Origin: Candidatus Nomurabacteria bacterium
GTDB taxonomy: Bacteria > Patescibacteriota > Saccharimonadia > JAGOAT01
Direction of reading: 5' to 3'
Assembly (NCBI GenBank): GCA_020639315.1
Contig: JACKGM010000002.1
Span: 30,321 to 94,320 of the forward strand
Length of the DNA stretch: 64,000 bases
Shown here in pieces: positions 46,206 to 55,318 of the stretch. The translations under genes and the position numbers were made by a program. How positions within the stretch are numbered: position 1 is the first letter of the stretch; each line of letters opens with the position of its first letter. Under the pieces are notes generated by a model. The model was not told the DNA's origin. It made no database searches and worked only from the letters and a program-made list of their open reading frames with translations.

Positions 46206-47606
46206 ATGCCAATCCCCAAAAAAGACTTACTGTTACTTTTTGTCGGTTCAATTCTACTGACTATTCTAACCTCGCTTGGATTTCTGTATTCTCTGGGCTA
46301 TCGCCTGGATCGGTCAAATCTCAGTCTAGTCAGGTCAGCGATTATGATGATCGAAAGTTATCCCCGAGAGGCAAGTATCTATCTAGATAATAAGCTAATC
46401 AAGCAAGACACAAATGCTGAGCTAAAAGACCTTGACCCGGGAATAGTAGAGGTCAGAGTTGAGAAGCCAGGCTATCAAGTCTGGCAAAAGTCAATAGACT
46501 TAGTAGAGGGATTAGTTGAATTTGTCGATTATGTTATTCTGGCACCAGAGAAGCCAGAGCTTGAGGATTTTGAGCTGGTGGTCAATGATAGCGAAAATTA
46601 TCAATTAATTGATTACAAGATATCATCTGATCGCTTGAATAGTCTAGCCTTGAGTAAATCTAGTGATGACTATCACTTGAGTTACTACAATCACGATCGA
46701 GCTGACAGCCTTGAGAACCCACAGCTTTTAGTGGTCAAGGAAGATCAAATCATCCAAACTAAGCTTTATCCCAAGCTCGAGATTGTCAAGGTGGGTGAGG
46801 ATAAGAACGCTATTTTGAAAGCTACAAATACCAAGGAAGAAGCCTACTGGCTTTACTACAACGGTAGTGATCTGATCAACCTTGACTCTACAATGTCGAT
46901 TCGAGAAGGTGAGCTAGTATTGGTCCCAAATCAGCCTGAAAAACTGGTCTGGATAAAAGGCACAGAGCTGAGAATTCTAAACTTACGAGATAAAACCATT
47001 GGTCCGGTCGTTACTAACAAACTGTTTGATTATCAGGTTAGCTCCGGACAAATCAATCTACTTACTCTAGATAAGGAGCGCCTGAGCTTAAGTCAACTAG
47101 ACCAGAATAATGCAAGTCTAATACCCTTGCTAGATGATTTGGAATCCGATCCCAATATCCAGGTAGAGAGTATTGACTATCGGGGTCAAAGTAGTATAGC
47201 TATCCTTTATCCTGTAAGCCAAAAGCTAGTCTGGTATCAGGATTACAAAACCAAATTGAAGACAGAGCTACTTTCCTCTCAAGCAACAGCTTTGAGGCTT
47301 AGTCCAGACAATCGCTATCTATTATGGCAAGATTCGGCTGGCTGGAATAGTTTTGATTTGCTCTATCCAGACTCTTCGATCGAGGTTAGTTCGGAGAGCC
47401 TGGATCCAGAACTAGTCTGGTTTGATAGTAGGCATCTGATTAGTAATCAAGCTAGTCTCAAACTACTAGATTTTGATGGCACCAACTCGATGTCACTATC
47501 TGAACAAATTGACAGCCCAATCATCTTTGATCTAGAAAATAAGGACTTGATAATGGTCAATCTTAAGACCAAGCTTTTTAAGAAGCTTAACTTAATTCCT
47601 AGATAG
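46206..47606 (+). CDS. PEGA-domain envelope protein with a beta-rich C-terminal region
   Basis: N-terminal TM; PEGA-like ASIYLDNKLI...VRVEKPGYQVW. Confidence 0.5.
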   Translation: MPIPKKDLLLLFVGSILLTILTSLGFLYSLGYRLDRSNLSLVRSAIMMIESYPREASIYLDNKLIKQDTNAELKDLDPGIVEVRVEKPGYQVWQKSIDLVEGLVEFVDYVILAPEKPELEDFELVVNDSENYQLIDYKISSDRLNSLALSKSSDDYHLSYYNHDRADSLENPQLLVVKEDQIIQTKLYPKLEIVKVGEDKNAILKATNTKEEAYWLYYNGSDLINLDSTMSIREGELVLVPNQPEKLVWIKGTELRILNLRDKTIGPVVTNKLFDYQVSSGQINLLTLDKERLSLSQLDQNNASLIPLLDDLESDPNIQVESIDYRGQSSIAILYPVSQKLVWYQDYKTKLKTELLSSQATALRLSPDNRYLLWQDSAGWNSFDLLYPDSSIEVSSESLDPELVWFDSRHLISNQASLKLLDFDGTNSMSLSEQIDSPIIFDLENKDLIMVNLKTKLFKKLNLIPR

Positions 47607-47620
47607 GCTATAATATTATC

Positions 47621-48892
47621 ATGAGTAAAATGATTATCAACGGTCCAGCAAAATTGGCAGGAACTTGGGAAATCTCTGGTAACAAAAATGCTGCTTTGCC
47701 AATCCTAATTGCTACTGTTCTTCTTAAAACACCGGTAACTATTAGCAATATACCTGACATTATTGATATTCAAACAATCAAGGTGATCTTGGAGAGTCTA
47801 GGCTCAAAAATAGAAGTACTATCAAGGAATAGCTGGAAAATTGACAATTCACAGCTCAACAATCAAGCAATTCCAACTATTCTCACTGCCAGTCTCAGGG
47901 CCTCAAATATGTTGATCGGCCCACTAATCGCTAGATTCGGGGAGGCTCAAATGGGTTATCCAGGGGGGGATAATATTGGAGCTAGACCAATGGATGCCTT
48001 CTATAAAATACTTGATGCATTTGGGATAGAGTATCAGACAGATGGCGAGAAGCTCGAAGCTAGTATTGGCATTGAGCCAAACAGTAATAGCAAAAGGGAA
48101 GTGAGTATTATTGAGCGGAGTGTAACTGCTAGTGAGATGGGGATCATGCTTGCCTCGATCACGCCAGGCAAGACCAAGTATCAATTGGTCGCTACCGAGC
48201 CTCATGTCGTCGATTTGGTCAATTTTTTAGTCAAAGCTGGTGCTGATATCAAATGGGTAGACAATACTAGTCTTATGATTATTGGAGTGGATCAGCTAGA
48301 AATTGAGGAATGGAAGATTATTCCCGATCAGCTAGAGACTGGGACGGCTGCGATAGCAGCGATTGCTACTAAGAGTGAACTTAGGATTATAAAGGCTGAA
48401 GCTAGTCATCACCATGCTATGATGCTTTATTTTGATCAAATGGGGGTCAACTACTATTGGGAAAATCAGTCAACTCTGATAATTTACCCAAGTCAACCAC
48501 TGGCACCTCTCGAGATTAAAACTGCTGCTTATCCATTATTCCCATCGGATCTGCAGGCACCGATGGCTGTATTGCTGACCCAGGCCAATGGCACATCAAC
48601 AATTTTTGAGACAATCTTCGAGGGTAGACTGAATTATTTTCATCAACTAAGCCAAATGGGTGCCAATCTAGTGATCAAGGAAACCCATGTCGGTCTGATC
48701 AGTGGTCCAACCCCATTATATGGAGGTAGAGTTTTTAGTCTAGATATTCGGGCTGGAGCTACTTTGATCATTGCAGCACTGATTGCAGAAGGTCAAACTG
48801 TGATCGAAGATAGTCAGCATATAGATCGAGGCTACCAAGATATCCAGGAAAAATTAAGCAACCTCGGGGTAGAAATCTGGAGGGAAGACTAA
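47621..48892 (+). CDS. murA: UDP-N-acetylglucosamine 1-carboxyvinyltransferase (Asp at the fosfomycin-target position)
   Basis: EPSP-synthase fold; PGGDNIGARPMD aligns with E. coli PGGCTIGARPVD. TATAAT lies 6 nt before the ATG. Confidence 0.88.
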   Translation: MSKMIINGPAKLAGTWEISGNKNAALPILIATVLLKTPVTISNIPDIIDIQTIKVILESLGSKIEVLSRNSWKIDNSQLNNQAIPTILTASLRASNMLIGPLIARFGEAQMGYPGGDNIGARPMDAFYKILDAFGIEYQTDGEKLEASIGIEPNSNSKREVSIIERSVTASEMGIMLASITPGKTKYQLVATEPHVVDLVNFLVKAGADIKWVDNTSLMIIGVDQLEIEEWKIIPDQLETGTAAIAAIATKSELRIIKAEASHHHAMMLYFDQMGVNYYWENQSTLIIYPSQPLAPLEIKTAAYPLFPSDLQAPMAVLLTQANGTSTIFETIFEGRLNYFHQLSQMGANLVIKETHVGLISGPTPLYGGRVFSLDIRAGATLIIAALIAEGQTVIEDSQHIDRGYQDIQEKLSNLGVEIWRED

Positions 48893-49905
48893 TGATCAGT
48901 TTCAAAAATCGACTGGCAATCGATCTCGGTACTGCAAACTTTTTGGTTTATAAGCCAGGTGCAGGGATTGTTGTCAATGAGCCTAGTGTAGTGGCAATCA
49001 GTGTCGACAAAAATCAAGTAGTGGCAGTCGGAATGCAGGCCAAGGAGATGCTCGGTAGAACTCCTGAGGTGATTACAGCTTCTCATCCACTCAAGGATGG
49101 TGTGATAGCTGACTACCGTACGACTCAAGCAATGCTCAAGTATTATATCAATCATGTCTTAGGTAGATTTCGTTTGACTAGACCTGAGCTAATGATTAGC
49201 GTACCAGCTGGAGTTACTTCGACTGAAAAACGGGCAGTGATTGATGCTGCCTTGGCCGCTGGTGCCAAGAGAGTCTATATCATCAGGGAGCCTGTAGCAG
49301 CAGCGATTGGTGCTCAAGTACCAATTGCTTCTCCAGTCGGCAATTTGATAGTGGATATCGGCGGAGGTACTACTGAAATCGCAATTATTTCACTAGGGGG
49401 AATTGTCGCTCAGAGTAGTGTTCGAATCGGTGGCAATAAGATTGATCAGGCAATATCAGATTACCTCAGACGCAAGTACAATCTGATTATCGGTGACCAG
49501 ACAGCTGAACAGGTCAAAAAGGAGATTGGCTCGGCTACTATTCTCGAAGCCAAAAAGACTTTGTCGGTACGGGGTAGAGATATGACTGCTGGGCTACCTA
49601 AGACTGTTGAGATTTCATCCAATGAAGTGACTGAGGCAATTAGCGAAAGACTTAGTTCGATTATTCTGGCGATCAAGAAAGTACTGGAAGCAACTCCGCC
49701 TGAATTGTCTAGTGACATCATTGATCGGGGAATCTTAATCAGTGGGGGTGGAGCTTTGCTACGCAATATTGATACTTTGATTACAAAAGTTACGGGAGTA
49801 CCGGCTCATACTGCCAGTGACCCCTTGCTTTCTGTGGCTCGAGGTGCGGGAATCGCTCTAGAAAATTTGGATGACTATATGCGGAGTGTCATCTCTCACC
49901 AATAA
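48892..49905 (+). CDS. mreB: MreB-like actin homolog (second paralog)
   Basis: DLGTANF, DIGGGTTE motifs; 337 aa. Confidence 0.85.
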   Translation: MISFKNRLAIDLGTANFLVYKPGAGIVVNEPSVVAISVDKNQVVAVGMQAKEMLGRTPEVITASHPLKDGVIADYRTTQAMLKYYINHVLGRFRLTRPELMISVPAGVTSTEKRAVIDAALAAGAKRVYIIREPVAAAIGAQVPIASPVGNLIVDIGGGTTEIAIISLGGIVAQSSVRIGGNKIDQAISDYLRRKYNLIIGDQTAEQVKKEIGSATILEAKKTLSVRGRDMTAGLPKTVEISSNEVTEAISERLSSIILAIKKVLEATPPELSSDIIDRGILISGGGALLRNIDTLITKVTGVPAHTASDPLLSVARGAGIALENLDDYMRSVISHQ

Positions 49906-49910
49906 GTAAA

Positions 49911-51140
49911 ATGCGTTGGAATATTAACCACTGGGTCCATCGTGTACTAGATTATCTAATAGTATTAATGCCGTTTTACGCACTGTTGGTCACCACTGGA
50001 AGACATTATCTGATAGATAGCCCTGGTTTAAATCTGATCAAGGATGGGCTGATATTTGGATTAGTAGCTTTGACTATTTTGGCCAATTTTGGCCAACTAA
50101 AATCAACATTATCAAGGTGGAGAAGTAGTAGCTTAGCCCAGATTATTATCCTTAGCTTATCTTACCTAGTGATTGGACTGATAATCAGTGCCAATAATCA
50201 TCTCGATCTGAGGACTATTGCCTATGGGATTCGATATAGCTTACTCCCAATTATTGTGTTCTTAATAGTAAGGATTTCAGACTACTCAGTTAGGCCAAAG
50301 TTGATTATTTACCCTGGTATTATCGTTAGTATATTAGCAATATTTCAATTCTTGATTCCAGCCAGCTGGTTGATAGCTCTAGGGTATGGGGAGCAGATTG
50401 GCATTAATCAATCAATTGGGCCTGGTATAGATTTCTACCGAGCTTTCTCTAGCTTAGGTGGTCCCAATCAACTGGCAGCCTACTTACTATTGCCGATCTC
50501 AATCTCACTCTACTCGAGTAGAGAAACAATTGGCTTGGCCAGGTACTATGCTGGGCTAATTCTAATGGTTGTTGGTTTAGGACTTAGTTTTTCACGCAGT
50601 GGAATGATTGCTTTAGTAGTTATTTTTTTGGTTCGTTTTTCAAGAGATTGGCGACTAAGCATCTGGATCAAGCTTACTGTCGGGTTACTCTTAGTCATTA
50701 TCAGCCTAAGCTTTTTGTTGTATCACACCAATACTGGAGTGGAAAGTTGGCTTTTACACGGTCAATTTGATGGTAAATTGATCGGATCTGATTCGGAAAG
50801 GATTGGGCATTTCAAGCGTTCGATTCAAGCAGTCATAGATCGGCCTTTTGGCTATGGCTTGGGTACAGCGGGAGCTAGTGCTTATCAACTTGGCTCCGGA
50901 TTTATACCAGAGAATAGTTTTTTACAAGAAATGATTCAAGTTGGGATAGTCGGAGCAAGCTTGATATTTGCAGTTTACTATCAGATATTTAGATATGCCT
51001 ATCGGCAACGGGGCAGAATTATTGTTGGATTAGCACTAGGATATTTTGTGATCAATAGTCTATTGCATGGCTTTAGTGATGCTAGTCTGGCTGTAGTTTT
51101 GTTTGCTTATCTTGGGAGTAGAGACCACATCAATGACTAA
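49911..51140 (+). CDS. O-antigen ligase/polymerase-like (Wzy_C) membrane protein
   Basis: 409 aa, ~10 TM, SFSRSGMIAL loop motif. Confidence 0.6.
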   Translation: MRWNINHWVHRVLDYLIVLMPFYALLVTTGRHYLIDSPGLNLIKDGLIFGLVALTILANFGQLKSTLSRWRSSSLAQIIILSLSYLVIGLIISANNHLDLRTIAYGIRYSLLPIIVFLIVRISDYSVRPKLIIYPGIIVSILAIFQFLIPASWLIALGYGEQIGINQSIGPGIDFYRAFSSLGGPNQLAAYLLLPISISLYSSRETIGLARYYAGLILMVVGLGLSFSRSGMIALVVIFLVRFSRDWRLSIWIKLTVGLLLVIISLSFLLYHTNTGVESWLLHGQFDGKLIGSDSERIGHFKRSIQAVIDRPFGYGLGTAGASAYQLGSGFIPENSFLQEMIQVGIVGASLIFAVYYQIFRYAYRQRGRIIVGLALGYFVINSLLHGFSDASLAVVLFAYLGSRDHIND

Positions 51141-53151
51141 AGTAGCGATTGTTCATGATTTCTTAGCTCATAAGGATGGTGGGGCAGAACGGGTTTTGCG
51201 TCAACTAATCAAGCTTTATCCTGAGGCTAATATCTTAACACTGACTTTTGATCCAGATCAGTTTTTTGACATTGATCCAGAGAGGGTTAAGACTAGCTGG
51301 TTGAGCCACTTACCAAAATATTTCAAACAAAATCCTAAATATCTACTGCCTCTAATTCGATCGGGGCTTAGAAGTCTACCCTCCAAGCATTACGATCTAC
51401 TGATTATTAACTCATCAGGTTGGAGTAAGAATATCGTAAAAAAGCCTGATGCTACAAAAATCGTTTATTGCAACTCACCAAACCGTCTGATTTGGGATAG
51501 TTGGCCTAGTTATTTTACCAGTAACCTTACTGGGCTATCTATATTTGCCAGGCCAGTTTTTCTTTTGCTCAATTTTTATATATCACGCTTGAGACTTTGG
51601 GATTATGATGCCAATCAGGATATTGATAAACTGATCGCCAATAGTAGCTATATTGCCAAGCGGATTTATAAATACTACAAGCTAAGCTCTCAGATCGTTT
51701 ACCCTCCAGTGGAGTTGGCTACTGAGTCGACTCTTGACTCTGAGAGTCTAGAGGTCAAGGGGGTCAGGCTTGAACCAGGATATTTTTTGTATTTAGGTGT
51801 TCTTAGTAGATACAAGCAAGTTGATATCATAATCGATAGCTTTGAGAGGTTGGGTTCGAATTATCGCCTAGTTATCGCTGGGGATGGTCCTGAGGCAAAA
51901 TCAATTGCCACTAGGGTAGGCAATATTGATAATATTGACTTTTTGGGTCGAGTGTCGGATCAGGAAAAGTTGACCCTGTTTAAGCACGCTCAAGCATTCG
52001 TCTTCCCTAGTATTGAAGATTTTGGGATTACTCCACTAGAAGCTTTGAGTCAGGCTACTCCGGTGATTGCCCGTAATGCGGGAGGACTCAAGGAGACTAT
52101 CAAGCCTGGCACTGGTGTTTTGCTTGATCAAATTAGTATCGAATCACTGACTAAGGCTATTGTAGAATTTGACCCTAGCCTATACTCCGACTCTCAGATG
52201 AAATCAGTTGCCAAGCAGTATTCTAGTAGTCAATTTGATCGAGCTTTCAAAAATTTGACCAAAGATATAGATTTTGATCATAAAAGCAGGGTAGCGATTC
52301 TGGACTGGATGGTTGACCCAATAACAATTGAGGAGTTGCTAGGCAGGGTCAAGCAAGTAGTTTCAGAAGATTATACTCAGCCGATGATTGTGATTAAGCC
52401 TTATGTCGAACACTTCAATCCAAGCAATTTTACTAAGTCTGAGTTGGCTATACTAAACCAGATTGCTACCATCGTGCCAGATGGGATTGCTTTGCAGTGG
52501 GCTGGAGTTTATCTTCAGTACAGTCGCCCCAATCTATTCAATCTGATTGGAAGCTTGGTTGAGTTGGTAGTCAATCCAGCTAGATTTGATCGAGTTTTAC
52601 CTGAGAAATTTGCTGGCAATGATTTTACTTTACCTCTGCTAAAATTTGCGCATAACCGTCAGCTCAGGATATCTATTCTAGGGGGAGATGATTCTCGGGG
52701 CAGAAAGAAGCAACTCAATCAACTATTTGGTAGGTTTGAACAATTACAGGTAATCAATGGCTATTATGATGCCAACCAAGAGCAGGAGATAGTTGATCAG
52801 ATTAACCAGTTTGCACCTGATATTTTGTTTGTGGCGACTGGTATAGGTAAGCAAGAGAAATTTATTATCAAATACTATCAGCAACTTAAGGCAAAAGTGA
52901 TTGTCGGCGAGGGGGGTAGTTTTGACTATGATAGTCTTGGTGGAAGTCAGAGAAGAGCCCCTGGGTTTGTCAAAAGACACAATCTTGAATGGGCCTGGAG
53001 ACTGCTAACCAGTCCTAGTGGTACATCAACTACCAGATTAAAAAGACAGTTATTCATTCCTAAGTTTATCTGGGGGATTCATCAATCTGCCAAAGTCAGC
53101 ACTCCAAGTAGTTCAAATATAGCAAGCTCAAAACAAAACCGGACAATTTGA
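51133..53151 (+). CDS. fusion glycosyltransferase: GT4 (N-terminal) + WecG/TagA/CpsF GT26 (C-terminal)
   Basis: FPSIEDFGITPLEA (GT4 EX7E region) and the GT26-like C-terminal half. ATGACTAA overlaps the upstream stop. The last 11 codons lie in MITE-B2. Confidence 0.7.
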   Translation: MTKVAIVHDFLAHKDGGAERVLRQLIKLYPEANILTLTFDPDQFFDIDPERVKTSWLSHLPKYFKQNPKYLLPLIRSGLRSLPSKHYDLLIINSSGWSKNIVKKPDATKIVYCNSPNRLIWDSWPSYFTSNLTGLSIFARPVFLLLNFYISRLRLWDYDANQDIDKLIANSSYIAKRIYKYYKLSSQIVYPPVELATESTLDSESLEVKGVRLEPGYFLYLGVLSRYKQVDIIIDSFERLGSNYRLVIAGDGPEAKSIATRVGNIDNIDFLGRVSDQEKLTLFKHAQAFVFPSIEDFGITPLEALSQATPVIARNAGGLKETIKPGTGVLLDQISIESLTKAIVEFDPSLYSDSQMKSVAKQYSSSQFDRAFKNLTKDIDFDHKSRVAILDWMVDPITIEELLGRVKQVVSEDYTQPMIVIKPYVEHFNPSNFTKSELAILNQIATIVPDGIALQWAGVYLQYSRPNLFNLIGSLVELVVNPARFDRVLPEKFAGNDFTLPLLKFAHNRQLRISILGGDDSRGRKKQLNQLFGRFEQLQVINGYYDANQEQEIVDQINQFAPDILFVATGIGKQEKFIIKYYQQLKAKVIVGEGGSFDYDSLGGSQRRAPGFVKRHNLEWAWRLLTSPSGTSTTRLKRQLFIPKFIWGIHQSAKVSTPSSSNIASSKQNRTI

Positions 53152-53281
53152 GCTGTACTATAGAGAACTAGAAAGGTAGTTCTTCTTAAGAACCATATCC
53201 ATAGATATGGTGAGTAAGAAAACTAGCTTTATAGACTCTAGAGTTGGGTCAAAAGTCTGGTTTTGTTTTTAACTTGCTATA
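53118..53281. mobile_element. MITE-B2 copy (164 bp)
   Basis: tatagcaagctcaaaacaaaaccggac...tctggttttgtttttaacttgctata. Confidence 0.85.
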
Positions 53282-53285
53282 TTAC

Positions 53286-53643
53286 TATGGGTCTAATTCA
53301 AATACTGGATCTCCGGTATTACCCTCCGGGTAATCCGAAGATGACAAGAGGGGGTATTGTCATCCCAATACCGTTAACTTAAGGAAAGATCAGTATCTTT
53401 TGGAGTTCTACTAATGCTTGACTTGTACATTGAATAAAACTTACAAAGTCTTAAGTTAATGGCATTGTATTGTCATCCTCCGAATTCTCATAGAGAATTA
53501 CGGGGGATCCAGTATTCTGTATTACTGGGATTCAATTCAAATGCTGGATCTCCCATAATTTCCTCAAGGAAATTTGGAAGATGACACGGAAAGGGCATTG
53601 TCATCCTCCGAAGTTCAGAGAACTTACGGGGGATCCAGTATTT
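53286..53643. repeat. REP-like module cluster (interrupted by mini-MITE-E)
   Basis: Antisense module 53300..53346; doublet from 53470 to about 53586; sense module 53599..53643. Confidence 0.85.
53366..53467. mobile_element. mini-MITE-E (102 bp, 18-bp TIR caataccgttaacttaag) with 11-bp flanking duplication
   Basis: tattgtcatcc at 53355..53365 and again at 53468..53478. Confidence 0.55.
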
Positions 53644-53746
53644 ATAGCAAGAAAACAAAAAAGCGGAGTAGTAAAAAATAATTTGTCATAAAAAGTGATG
53701 TAATATATAATCAGTATAAGCGTAAGAATTATTAAAAGGAAAAGCC

Positions 53747-54853
53747 ATGCAGCCAAACTACCCCCAACCCCAACAATCAACTCCAGCTGGTCAGCCCCAG
53801 CCAGCTCAACCATTTCGTCCACCAGTTAATCAATCCCCCAGACCTCAAATGCGTTCTGTTTCTGGTATCCAGCCAATTGCTCAAGGGCAGAGGAGACCAG
53901 CCAATATTCCCCAGCCTGCCACAAGAGTACCAAATTCTTATGGGATGCAGCCTCAAGCTATGTCACAAGCTCCAGTCAACCAACCTAGACCAATGATGCC
54001 AGGCCAACCCGCCCCACAAAATGGACCACAAATCAATCCTGGTCAGCCAATCCAGCCTATCCAAACCAACCAAGCTACTATCGGTAATCTAGCTGATAAA
54101 GTAGATAACCTTTCTTCCGAACCAGAATATACAGTCCAAAAGTCCAGCTCCAATCCAGCCAAAAGGATGCTTGCCTGGCTAATAGGAGTGGTGTTAAGTG
54201 TTGTTTTGGCTTTGGCTGCTGGTTACTATCTAATATTTAACTACCTTGGTTTTCCAACCAAAGATGAGATCACTCAGCTGACTGATCAAGTCAAAACCAA
54301 CGCTGAATATATCAAGTCTCTAGAAGCTAATATCGCTCAGTTTTCAGGTAATCTAGTCGGTCAAAATACTAGTGAGTATAGTAATTCTCAGTTTAAGCTT
54401 AGCTTTAAGTATCCCAAGGACTATGGTGAAGTCAATTCTCTCGCCGAATACCAGACTGTTTTTAGTTTTAGTGGCAACAATGCGCTTAGTTTTGGTTCTG
54501 CCGAAGCTGACGGAGTTGATTGGACCGTATTCAATTTTGCTGGGATCTATCAGGATCAAGCTAGCTACAAGTTGGCATTGGATGATTCAAGTAGCTCAGG
54601 CGTCACTCAGGCAACTGAAGCCCTGGATTTATCCAGTCCGACTACAATCGAGTCCACCAATGGCTTTACCATTTATCAGTTTAGTGCGGAAAATCTGACA
54701 TCTGAGCAGTTGTCTAGCTATGGCCTGGAGATCAAGGGAGATGTTTATCTGGTTAATCTGCCTAACAATTCTGAATACAGCGCTTTCGTAATAAATGATC
54801 AAACTGGATCAGAGGATATTGCAGATTTGCTCGCTAGTCTCAAGCTTGAATAA
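53747..54853 (+). CDS. hypothetical membrane-anchored protein with a Pro/Gln-rich N-terminal region
   Basis: 368 aa: P/Q-rich ~130 aa, one TM, C-terminal globular domain; AAAGGA SD. Confidence 0.55.
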   Translation: MQPNYPQPQQSTPAGQPQPAQPFRPPVNQSPRPQMRSVSGIQPIAQGQRRPANIPQPATRVPNSYGMQPQAMSQAPVNQPRPMMPGQPAPQNGPQINPGQPIQPIQTNQATIGNLADKVDNLSSEPEYTVQKSSSNPAKRMLAWLIGVVLSVVLALAAGYYLIFNYLGFPTKDEITQLTDQVKTNAEYIKSLEANIAQFSGNLVGQNTSEYSNSQFKLSFKYPKDYGEVNSLAEYQTVFSFSGNNALSFGSAEADGVDWTVFNFAGIYQDQASYKLALDDSSSSGVTQATEALDLSSPTTIESTNGFTIYQFSAENLTSEQLSSYGLEIKGDVYLVNLPNNSEYSAFVINDQTGSEDIADLLASLKLE

Positions 54854-54855
54854 TA

Positions 54856-55182
54856 GCCCTCCTCCTGCCACCAAACCAAAATCCTACTCATCCCTCTTGC
54901 GTCATATTCCAAAATCCCGCAGGGATTTATGGGATATCCACCTCCTCCTGTCATCTTCGGATTACCCTTTAGAGTAATACCGGAGATCCAGTATTTGAAT
55001 TGGATACCTGTAAATGCAGAGATACTGGATCCCCCGTAAGTTCTCTGAACTTCGGAGGATGACAATGCACAATGCCGAATACTGAATCCCCCGTAAACTC
55101 CTTCGGAGTTTCGGAGGATGACAAGAGAGGGGCGGGTTTTGTAGGATGACAATGCAAAAGTGTAGTTTCGGGAGGGGTAACA
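54856..55182. repeat. REP-like module cluster
   Basis: Sense modules 54901..54939 and 54949..54996; antisense modules 55021..55064 and 55078..55123; half-modules. Confidence 0.85.
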
Positions 55183-55318
55183 ATCTAACGAGGGTTTGAT
55201 TACCGTGAGCTGAACCTGATACTCACTTGTACTATATGTGTCAAGTTAAAACAGTTGAAAATATCATAAATATATGTTAGTATCTATCAAGTATGCAAAC
55301 AGAATATAGGGTAGTGAG

